From: Chthonomonadales bacterium
GTDB taxonomy: Bacteria > Armatimonadota > Chthonomonadetes > Chthonomonadales > Chthonomonadaceae
Reading direction: 5' to 3'
DNA length: 16,158 nt
NCBI GenBank assembly: GCA_038217285.1
Contig: JBBQPO010000138.1
Location: 1-16,158, forward strand
Each line of letters starts with the position of its first letter. Positions within the stretch are counted from its first letter, which is position 1. The position numbers were made by a program, and so were the translations under genes. The notes under the pieces are model-generated. The model did not search any database. It was not told the origin of the DNA and was given only the letters and a program-made list of their open reading frames with translations. Below are positions 7,151-14,936 of the stretch, piece after piece.

Positions 7151-8413
7151 ATGTTCCTACGGAAGACCCAACGCCGGATAGCGGCGTTGACGATGATGGT
7201 AACGGCTCTCTTGCTCATGCAAGGCGGCATCATGGCGCGGGCGCAGGACAAGGCCCCGACAGACCCGACCGAGTTCTTGAAATGGAGCATGACCCACTAT
7301 ACGGCGCTGACCAGCTTTCAGGCCGAGTGTGACTGGAGCGACAGTTTTGGCGGCCAGCAGGCAATGACAGCCAAACGTACTCTCATCATTGCAAAGCCCA
7401 ATCGATATAAGGTCGTTTCTCAGCAGTTGGGTATAAGGATGACGTCCGTTTGCGATGGCAAGGCCGCCATCGAATACAGTGATAACGCGGCTATGGGTGC
7501 CATGAAAAACCCCGTTCCCACCACTATCGGCGACGTTAAGTCGATGATGATGATGCATCCCATGTTTTGCGGCACGATGCTCTGGCACTTCTTCAGCGGC
7601 CCGACGAAATTGGCGGAACTGGTCGATACGACGAAACAGAAGATCGCCTTCGGACCGGATGTCACCATCGCCGGGCATGTCTATAAGACAGTCACCTTCT
7701 TTGCGGCCGGCCAGTTCGGCAAATCGGAAGTGGCCATCGATACAGACACGGGGTTGGTACACCGGATCCGCTACGGCAGCGAACCGCTCATGGCCCTGGT
7801 GGCCAGCAGCCCCGCTGGAAAACAGTTGGGAAAGATGGGGACCACATCGGACTCGGCGGAGGAGTATACGAATATCGTCCTCAACAGCGCGGTGCCGGAG
7901 GCGACCTTCGATACGACCCTGCCCAAGGGCCTGAAGCTGATGGACCTTTCGGCGCAGGGAGGGCAGGAGGGGGCGCCCAAGCCGCCGGTGCCGCTGGGCA
8001 AATCTGCGCCTCCCTTCACCGTCAAAACACTGGCGGGGGAGAAGCGCTCCCTGGCAGATTTTCGGGGTAAAGTCGTTCTGATCGATTTCTGGGCCACCTG
8101 GTGCCCGCCCTGCCGGAAAGGCCTCCCGGAGACGCAGGCGCTCGCGAAAAAGTACGGCGATAAGGGGTTGGCGGTTCTGGCGATCAGTGATGAGGCTGCC
8201 AAAACGGTAGCGCCTTTCATCCGAGAGAATCACTACACCTTCCCGGCCTATCTGGACGCTGGCAGAAAAGTGTCTATGGCCTACAACATCGCCGCTATTC
8301 CGACGGTGATAATCATTGATAGAGCAGGCCGTCTGGTTACGTATCTGGTGGGGCTTCAGGATCCGGCGACCATTAAGGCCGAGCTGAAAAAGGCGGGCCT
8401 GAAACTCAATTGA
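7151..8413 (+). CDS. Exported fusion of a LolA/DUF2092-like N-domain and a TlpA-family thiol-disulfide oxidoreductase
   Basis: 420 aa with SD AAGGAGG at 7139-7145 and a signal ending ARA-QD. The N-domain has AKPNRYKV, SVCDGK, IDTDTGLVHRI and ATFDTTLPKG, patterns seen in LolA-like proteins. The C-domain has GKSAPPF...SLADFRGKVVLIDFWATWCPPC (CxxC 8102-8113) and AIPTVIIIDRAG. Confidence 0.88.
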   Translation: MFLRKTQRRIAALTMMVTALLLMQGGIMARAQDKAPTDPTEFLKWSMTHYTALTSFQAECDWSDSFGGQQAMTAKRTLIIAKPNRYKVVSQQLGIRMTSVCDGKAAIEYSDNAAMGAMKNPVPTTIGDVKSMMMMHPMFCGTMLWHFFSGPTKLAELVDTTKQKIAFGPDVTIAGHVYKTVTFFAAGQFGKSEVAIDTDTGLVHRIRYGSEPLMALVASSPAGKQLGKMGTTSDSAEEYTNIVLNSAVPEATFDTTLPKGLKLMDLSAQGGQEGAPKPPVPLGKSAPPFTVKTLAGEKRSLADFRGKVVLIDFWATWCPPCRKGLPETQALAKKYGDKGLAVLAISDEAAKTVAPFIRENHYTFPAYLDAGRKVSMAYNIAAIPTVIIIDRAGRLVTYLVGLQDPATIKAELKKAGLKLN

Positions 8414-8508
8414 CGTGCGGATGAGCACGCTGGCGCTTCGCCCAGATGACCGGAACTTCCTGTGACTAGAACTTTCAGCGTTGTCTATTCGCTTTCCGGA
8501 GGTGTTTC

Positions 8509-9324
8509 CTGGAACTACGCGTCATGAGCTTCAATATACGCAACATGCGTTCCCGCGACGGCGTGAACGGTTGGGAACAGCGGCGGGAGTTGGTGTGTGA
8601 CGTGATTCGTCGGCACAAGCCCGACATACTGGCGACTCAGGAGGCCTACTTCCCGCAGGTCGCAGCGATGCGGCAGGCGCTCCCGGAATATGCCGTCCTC
8701 GGCGTCGGGCGCGATGACGGCAAGAGGGAAGGGGAGCAGTGCGCGCTCTTCGTGCTCAGTCACCGGTGGCAGGTAGGAGCCAGTGGCACCTTCTGGTTCT
8801 CCGAAACCCCCGATGTGCCAGGATCACGCCACTGGACACGGGAGCATGCCCGGATCTGCACGTGGGCCTCCCTGATCGGAGAGACCGGTCCGCCGTTCGT
8901 GGTTTACAATGTCCACCTGGACCATGAGTCCCAACCTGCCCGCGAGCGGAGTGTCCGGCTGCTCCAGGAGCATATCAACCGCCTCTCTCCCGATATGCCC
9001 GCTCTGGTCATGGGCGATTTTAACATGGAAGAGGACAATCCCGCCATGCGTCACCTGCTGGAGACGAGTACGCCGCCACTGCGCGACACATTCCGGTCTC
9101 TGCACCCACCGCTGCCGAACCAGGGCACCTTTCACAGTTTCACCGGGGAACAAGGCGGCGAGAAGATCGACTATATCCTGGTTTCCGAGGCGTTTCAGCC
9201 CTTGGAGGCGAGTATCGTGCAGGACAATGCCGAAGCCCGGTATCCCTCGGACCATTTCCCCCTCTCTGCACGCGTACGACTGAAAGACCGTCTGGCATTG
9301 CAACAGGACCAGGAACGAAAATAG
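8509..9324 (+). CDS. Endonuclease/exonuclease/phosphatase (EEP) family protein
   Basis: Motifs MSFNIR, PDILATQE, GTFWFSETP, NVHLDH, MGDFN, GTFHSF, KIDYI and YPSDHFP. The ORF track starts at ATG 8524. The start is placed here at in-frame CTG 8509 because of SD GGAGGTG at 8498-8504 (see findings). Confidence 0.92.
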   Translation: MELRVMSFNIRNMRSRDGVNGWEQRRELVCDVIRRHKPDILATQEAYFPQVAAMRQALPEYAVLGVGRDDGKREGEQCALFVLSHRWQVGASGTFWFSETPDVPGSRHWTREHARICTWASLIGETGPPFVVYNVHLDHESQPARERSVRLLQEHINRLSPDMPALVMGDFNMEEDNPAMRHLLETSTPPLRDTFRSLHPPLPNQGTFHSFTGEQGGEKIDYILVSEAFQPLEASIVQDNAEARYPSDHFPLSARVRLKDRLALQQDQERK

Positions 9325-9432
9325 GAAGATAACAAAACGGACAGCGATGCTCCGCGAGACGCGAATATCCGAACGGTTGGATAGACGAGCCAAGTGGGGA
9401 CATCGCCTACATTCGGACAAGGAGGCACATTT

Positions 9433-10836
9433 ATGCGTGGAAATCCCCTGGTACTGTTCTTCTGCCTTGTGTTGGTCGGCGGGATCACGATCTCGCGCGC
9501 GCAGCAGGCGCCTGCGCTGCCACAGTGGTCACCATCGCCGACACTGCTCAAGAAGTTGGGTGGGCCCACCAGCGTAGAAGGTTACCTGCTGCAGGTGCCT
9601 GAGAGCTACGAACACGTTATCCCGACTGCTGGGACTCCAGACGGCGTCAACAGCTATTTCTGGGTCGGGCCAGGGCGGAAAGACGAGACACATCCGCTCC
9701 TGATGCTCGTTCTGCTGGTTCCACCCATCGCACAGCCGCAGAGTTGGAGCCTGAATCAGATCGCTGCGGAAATGCTCCCGGAGATCAAGGCGCTGCGCCG
9801 CGACTGGACGCAGACTCCGCCGGAAGCCGGGATCATACAGGGGATGAAGTTTGTGCGGATCCGCTGGACCGGCATGGATCGGAAAGAAAAGCGCAAAATG
9901 CAGGGCTGGATCATGGTGGCCCGCGAGGGAGACACGTTCATCGAACTCTCCTCGCAAGATGTCGTGCCGTATGCCGAACAGACTCTGGCGCTTGCGGAAG
10001 CTGCGGCGCGGACCTTCAAACGTCTCGATCAGCGCATTTTGTTCAGTACGCAGTGGTCGGACCACGCGCAGATCTATGCCATGAACCCGGACGGCTCGAA
10101 ACCTGTCTGCCTGACGCCTCTATCCGACTCCGACTACGGCGCTTCTCTCTCCCCCGACGGGACCACCATCGCCTTCACGACGCACCGCGATGGAGTGCGT
10201 GCGCTCTATCTGATGAACGCCGATGGCACCAACCAGCGCCGCGTGACGCAGAAAGAAGACGCCGGACACTGCGCCTGGTCCCCCGAGGGGGGGCAGTTAG
10301 CCTTTTCCAGCAATCGTGATGGTCACTACTGCATCTACGTCATGCAGCGCGATGGCTCGAACGTACGCAAACTGACTCAGGGGCCGTCCGACGACTTCCC
10401 CGCCTGGTCCCCAGATGGACGGCAGATCGCCTATGAGGGCATGTCGGAGAAGACCTGGCGTATATCCGCAGTGGATGTGGAAGGCGGCGCGGCAAAGCCC
10501 CTCACGAAGGGTAAATGGGATGACCGCTGGCCCCAGTGGTCTCCGGATGGGGAGGTCATCGCTTATACCAGTTATGAACAGGGCAAGGGCCAGATCTATA
10601 TCATGCATCCGGATGGGACCGCGGCCACCCGCCTGACCAGCAATCAGGCCGAAGACAGGCAGCCCTCCTGGACTGCTGACGGCAGACAACTGCTGTTCCA
10701 CAGTAATCGCGCTGGGAAGTTCGACATCTACACGCTCGATCTGGCCACAAAGAAAGAGCACCGTTTGACAACGGAATCGAAAGACACGTCGCAGGTATCC
10801 ACTCTCGGACGCAGCCACATAGAATCCGCTCACTGA
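9433..10836 (+). CDS. Secreted protein with a PsbP/DcrB-like N-domain fused to a TolB-like (PD40) beta-propeller
   Basis: SD AAGGAGG at 9419-9425 precedes ATG 9433, and a signal peptide ends SRA-QQ. Repeats SLSPDGTTIAF, AWSPEGGQLAF, AWSPDGRQIAY, QWSPDGEVIAY and SWTADGRQLLF alternate with IYxMxxDG-type motifs. The N-domain fold call is by pattern only. Confidence 0.85.
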   Translation: MRGNPLVLFFCLVLVGGITISRAQQAPALPQWSPSPTLLKKLGGPTSVEGYLLQVPESYEHVIPTAGTPDGVNSYFWVGPGRKDETHPLLMLVLLVPPIAQPQSWSLNQIAAEMLPEIKALRRDWTQTPPEAGIIQGMKFVRIRWTGMDRKEKRKMQGWIMVAREGDTFIELSSQDVVPYAEQTLALAEAAARTFKRLDQRILFSTQWSDHAQIYAMNPDGSKPVCLTPLSDSDYGASLSPDGTTIAFTTHRDGVRALYLMNADGTNQRRVTQKEDAGHCAWSPEGGQLAFSSNRDGHYCIYVMQRDGSNVRKLTQGPSDDFPAWSPDGRQIAYEGMSEKTWRISAVDVEGGAAKPLTKGKWDDRWPQWSPDGEVIAYTSYEQGKGQIYIMHPDGTAATRLTSNQAEDRQPSWTADGRQLLFHSNRAGKFDIYTLDLATKKEHRLTTESKDTSQVSTLGRSHIESAH

Positions 10837-10860
10837 AGACGTGGAGGAGAGGGACGCCTC

Positions 10861-11955
10861 TTACTCCGTTGCGCCGGCGGCGGTCAGCAGTTGCACGAGC
10901 GCCGTAAGCTTCTGTTCCTCGGCGATCTTCAGCGCCGTATGGCCATCGTTGGTTTTGGCAGACACAGCCGCCTTTTTGTTCAGCAGCATCTGGACAATGG
11001 CGAAGTTGCCGTTGTGGACTGCCGCCATGAGCGGTGTCAACCCCTCTTTGGTGGCGAAATTCGGATCAGCTCCGTTTGCCAGCAGGAAGTGTATCGTAGG
11101 CCCTTTGCCTTCGAGAACCGCCAGCAGGAGGGGTGTGTCTCCTTTGGGAGGACTTTGTTCGTTTACGTCCGCCCCGTTTTTGAACAGCACCCGGATGATA
11201 TCGATGTTCCCAACGGTAGCGGCGAGCGCCAACAGCCCGGTGCCGTCGTTCGTCTTCGCTTTCAGGTCCGCGCCGGCTGCCATCAGTCTTTGGAACGCCG
11301 GATGTCTCGCGATGCCGCTGTACCGTTCCGGCAGCAGGCGGGCAATGAGGTTCTCCTCCTTGCTCATGACGGAATAGGCGAGGGGAGTCAGCCCATCCTT
11401 GTTTCGGGCGTTGGGGTTTGCGTGGTGGGCCAGAAGCACCTCCATAATATGTAGGTGGTTGCGGTCGGCCGCTGCCATGAGCGGTGTCGTGCCGTCTCTA
11501 TCCGCCAGATCGACCGACGCGTGATAGGCGAGAAGCAGTTCGCAGAGGGTGTTGTTTGCGGTCAACGCCGAAAGCCGGAGCGCTGTTGTGCCCTTGCGGT
11601 CGGCTGCGTCCGGCTTTGCACCGGCCGCAAGCAAGGCTGCGGCCGTGTCTCCCGGTGAGGAGCCTGGCACGGAATCCGCGAAGAGACGGCTTGACGCGGC
11701 GAGAACAAGAAGCGGGCTGCCTTCGCTGGCAGCGTTGGGGTTCGCGCCGCGCCGCAGCAGATCCTGTACGCGGTCGAAACTACGTTTACCGACAGCAGTC
11801 ACCAGCGCTGCATCGAGTTGCGCTCTGGTAGGGGCGGGGCGCACTGTCGATTTCTGCGGGCGCTTCGTCGGCTTTTGAGCGTGCGCCTCCATAGCAGGGG
11901 CGGCAAGGCAGATCGTCAGAAATGCGATCGCAAGCCGCTGGTGTCGTCTGCTCAT
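10861..11955 (-). CDS. Secreted ankyrin-repeat protein
   Basis: 364 aa with a signal peptide ending AHA-QK. Repeated GxTPL...A...LL..GA.VN motifs such as GTTPLMAAA, GDTPLLLAV and GLTPLMAAV. Its start overlaps the upstream stop (TAATG). Confidence 0.93.
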   Translation of the reverse strand: MSRRHQRLAIAFLTICLAAPAMEAHAQKPTKRPQKSTVRPAPTRAQLDAALVTAVGKRSFDRVQDLLRRGANPNAASEGSPLLVLAASSRLFADSVPGSSPGDTAAALLAAGAKPDAADRKGTTALRLSALTANNTLCELLLAYHASVDLADRDGTTPLMAAADRNHLHIMEVLLAHHANPNARNKDGLTPLAYSVMSKEENLIARLLPERYSGIARHPAFQRLMAAGADLKAKTNDGTGLLALAATVGNIDIIRVLFKNGADVNEQSPPKGDTPLLLAVLEGKGPTIHFLLANGADPNFATKEGLTPLMAAVHNGNFAIVQMLLNKKAAVSAKTNDGHTALKIAEEQKLTALVQLLTAAGATE

Positions 11956-14099
11956 TATTCTTTCGCTCCTGACTCTCTCAGAAAACGCGCGATTTCGTCG
12001 AGATTCTGGGCGAGAGCGAAGGAGAGCGCCGTCCGCCTCTGGCTGTTACGGGCATTGATGTCCACATGGGCGACCCGCGATTCACGCAGCAGGAAGCGCA
12101 CCGCATCGAGGTTGCCGCTCTGTACCGACCGCATGAGCACCGTGTCACCGTCCTCCGTCCGCGCCTTGATATCGGCCCCCGCTCGCAAGAGCAGACGGAC
12201 GTTTTCGGCTCTGCCCGCTTCTGCCGCAGCCATCAACGGCGTGATGCCCCAGGCGAATTTGCCGTTCACATGCGTGCCTTTTGCCAGGAGCAGGCGCATG
12301 GTAGCGCCGCCGTTTATCATCCGCGCGGCGCGCAGCAGGGGAGCCCGCCCGGCCTTTTCCCCGGTATTGACGTCCATGCCTGCCTCCACCAGGAGGCGGG
12401 CCGATTCCCAATGGCCGTAGCCGATAACGTCGTGCAGCGGGTAGTCGTAGTCTCTCAGGCGAGCGTTCGGATTGGCGCCACGTTTCAACAGCAGTCGAAC
12501 AATGTCGTCGAAGCCATATTCCGCCGCCAGCAGCAGGGGGGTCGTCGCCAGTGCGCCGGACTCTTTCGGCATGCGGAAGTCCGGTTTGGCCCCATGGTTC
12601 AGCATCTCGGTGACAATGGCGAGGTTTCCCTGCATGGCGGCGGTCATCAACGGCGTATATCCGTCCCTGTCTCCGGTATTCGGGCTTGACCCCTTTGCCA
12701 GCAGTCGCCTAACCGCCGCCAGATCGTCTCCCTGGGTGGCCGTCATCAGGTTTTTCGACCCGTATGGAGGGGACCGGTGCGCTCCGGACTGCTGCAGAGC
12801 CTGCACGGCCTGCAGGCAGTGCAGCGCCAACGCCAATGCCATTGGTGTTCTACCGTACTGATCCCTTTCCTCCAGTCTTGCGTTATATTTTGCGAGCAGG
12901 CGGATAACCGCCGTCCCGCCGTCGCGATCAGGGGGATTTTCCGGAGGCGAGTCCTCGTATTCAGCGCCGTTCATCGGCTGGTCTGTCGGGTTTGCCTGCC
13001 ATCGGGAATGGGATGCCGCCTCTCGCGCGATTTTCGTAATGCCGTAGACGGCGCTATGGACCGGCGTTACACCGTGGGAGTCGACGTTGTTGGGATTGGC
13101 GCCCTTCTCCAGCAGCAACGGGATCACCTCCATATTCCCATGGAGCGCTGCGGTCGCAAGGGGGGTCTGGCCTTGCAGGTCTCTGCCGTTGATGTCTTCC
13201 TGTGCGCCGTGTTCCAGCAGATACTGCAGCGTCGGCGCGTCCGAGGTTTCCGACAGAATCTCCAGGACGCTCCTGTTCGCCCCTTTGATCCTCCCGCGCA
13301 CCGGCGTGCCGTGCTCGACGAGCATCCGCACAAGTTCGAGGGACCCCGGCGTCTCTGCATACATGAGAACGTTCCTGCCGTTCAGGGAGGTGGCTCTGGC
13401 ATCGGCGCCATTCTCCAGTAGGAAGCGCACATCAGCAAGGCTGCCGCTGGTGACCGCACTGGTCAGCGGCGTCGTTTCTCTGTCGTCCACGCCATTGACA
13501 TCCGCGCCACGACTCACAAGCAGATGAATCAACGCCGAGTTTCCGGTGCGGCAGGCATTTTTCAACGGCGTCCGGCCCAGGAGGTCCGTGCCGTTGGGAT
13601 CTACTTTTGCATCGAGCAGTCTCGTGACCGCTGCGACGTCATTCGCCTGAACGGCGTCGTTCAATCCTATTTCCGGCGAATACGCGCCCGCTGCGATCAG
13701 CTCTTCGAGAGCGCCAGAATAGTCATTCTCTTTTGCTACGCTGAGCGGAGTAGCGCCTAGTTTGTCACGTACATTGGGGTCAGCGCCCCTCTCGATCAGG
13801 GTTTTCAACGCGATGGTGTCGAATCGCGACAAGCTGTAGAAAAGAGGTGTTCTGCCAGCGGAGTCCGGTTCATTCGGATCGGCGCCACTCTCCAGGAGTA
13901 GTCGCAGCATCCGGGTGTCCTTCCTTTTTGCGGCATCAAAAAGGCTCGGAGCGGGCGCTTGTGCGCCTGCGTTCTTGTCGATGGCGACCTTCAGGACCTT
14001 CTCCTGCGGAGGCGACGCCAGGACCGGAGCGGAGACGGCGTAACACAGGAGGGAGCCGAAGAGGCTAAGAGAGAACAAAACAGGCACGGGTCGTCGCAT
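11955..14099 (-). CDS. Large secreted ankyrin-repeat protein
   Basis: About 714 aa with a signal peptide ending VLA-SP and well over a dozen ankyrin motifs (GRTPLFYS, GRTPLKNAC, GQTPLATAA, GYTPLMTAA, GITPLMAAA). Start 14099 is preferred over 14108 because AAGGA lies 8 nt upstream of it. Confidence 0.93.
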   Translation of the reverse strand: MRRPVPVLFSLSLFGSLLCYAVSAPVLASPPQEKVLKVAIDKNAGAQAPAPSLFDAAKRKDTRMLRLLLESGADPNEPDSAGRTPLFYSLSRFDTIALKTLIERGADPNVRDKLGATPLSVAKENDYSGALEELIAAGAYSPEIGLNDAVQANDVAAVTRLLDAKVDPNGTDLLGRTPLKNACRTGNSALIHLLVSRGADVNGVDDRETTPLTSAVTSGSLADVRFLLENGADARATSLNGRNVLMYAETPGSLELVRMLVEHGTPVRGRIKGANRSVLEILSETSDAPTLQYLLEHGAQEDINGRDLQGQTPLATAALHGNMEVIPLLLEKGANPNNVDSHGVTPVHSAVYGITKIAREAASHSRWQANPTDQPMNGAEYEDSPPENPPDRDGGTAVIRLLAKYNARLEERDQYGRTPMALALALHCLQAVQALQQSGAHRSPPYGSKNLMTATQGDDLAAVRRLLAKGSSPNTGDRDGYTPLMTAAMQGNLAIVTEMLNHGAKPDFRMPKESGALATTPLLLAAEYGFDDIVRLLLKRGANPNARLRDYDYPLHDVIGYGHWESARLLVEAGMDVNTGEKAGRAPLLRAARMINGGATMRLLLAKGTHVNGKFAWGITPLMAAAEAGRAENVRLLLRAGADIKARTEDGDTVLMRSVQSGNLDAVRFLLRESRVAHVDINARNSQRRTALSFALAQNLDEIARFLRESGAKE

Positions 14100-14147
14100 G
14101 AGCGTCATCCTTCAACGTTGTGAAAGCAAGGGAGAGATGCCTATCAT

Positions 14148-14176
14148 TATGACCGTCAGGAACGCCTGGGAGTTCC
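14148..14176 (-). promoter_or_regulatory. Possible ECF (RpoE-like) promoter for the ankyrin pair
   Basis: The minus strand reads GGAACTC-N16-GTCATA, similar to the RpoE-type GGAACTT...GTCnAA consensus, about 50 bp upstream of the start codon. Confidence 0.3.
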
Positions 14177-14319
14177 CTGTTTGACTGCCTCCTTCCGTTG
14201 AGAAGGAATATCGCTGCGGAAGAGGCAACAATCAGAGGAACACTTTTCCATGGAAATTGCACACTTGCAGAAGTGGCTGTTTACGACAACAATGTGGTTG
14301 AAACAGAAATGAGGGCACG

Positions 14320-14922
14320 ATGCGTGTTTACGTTCTGATCATTGGAGCATGGCTCTGTTTGCTTGCCGGCTGCGGAGGAGGAGGATCCGGCTCCTCTGGA
14401 CCGCCCGTCTCTATCACTATTTCTCCTACCACTGCCTCTCTCATCCCCGCCGCGCTGCAACCGTTCACCGCTACGGTCACGCCTGCCGGGACTACTGCCG
14501 TCACCTGGAGTGTGCAGGAAGGCGCTACCGGCGGCGCCGTCACTGGTGCAGGCGTCTACACCGCCCCTGCCACGGCTGGAACCTATCACGTGGTCGCGAC
14601 CAGTCAGGCGGACCCCACCAAGACAGCGGTCGCCACGGTCACCGTGCATATCGCGGTGGCTGTATCGCCGACTACCGCGACGATCACATTCGGGCAGAAT
14701 CAGCCCTTTACGGTCACCGTCACCGGGACGGTCAACTCTGCGGTGACCTGGAGTGTGCAGGAAGGCGCTGCGGGCGGCTCCATCACGAGTGCGGGAGTCT
14801 ATACCCCGCCGTCTGCCGCAGGCACCTACCATGTGGTCGCCACCAGTCAGGCCGATCCCATCCAACAGAGTGTCGCCACAGTCGTCGTACAGTCCGGCAG
14901 CGCCTCCGGGACGATCCGATGA
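14320..14922 (+). CDS. Lipoprotein with two tandem bacterial Ig-like domains
   Basis: 200 aa with lipobox LAG-C followed by a Gly/Ser linker. Two 81-aa repeats share VTWSVQEG...GVYT.P...GTYHVVATSQADP. It ends in a short tail, SGSASGTIR. Confidence 0.9.
   Translation: MRVYVLIIGAWLCLLAGCGGGGSGSSGPPVSITISPTTASLIPAALQPFTATVTPAGTTAVTWSVQEGATGGAVTGAGVYTAPATAGTYHVVATSQADPTKTAVATVTVHIAVAVSPTTATITFGQNQPFTVTVTGTVNSAVTWSVQEGAAGGSITSAGVYTPPSAAGTYHVVATSQADPIQQSVATVVVQSGSASGTIR
14407..14892 (+). repeat. Intragenic 243-bp tandem duplication encoding two Ig-like domains
   Basis: ACCTGGAGTGTGCAGGAAGGCGCT occurs at 14503 and 14746, an offset of 243 bp. The protein repeats align without gaps. Confidence 0.9.
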
Positions 14923-14936
14923 AAGGAAACATTCCG

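Noticed and set aside
7157-8428. 423-aa antisense ORF covering the TlpA fusion gene
   Set aside because: It mirrors the codon frame of the sense gene and has no recognisable domain.
8452-8490. ECF promoter from the GGAACTT/GAACTT motifs upstream of the EEP gene
   Set aside because: No -10 element lies at a suitable spacing from either motif.
9433-10836. Gene symbol tolB
   Set aside because: There is no TolB N-domain pattern and no tol-pal context.
10837-10860. Bidirectional terminator between convergent genes
   Set aside because: Only a weak GAGG/CCTC pairing is possible and there is no U-tract.
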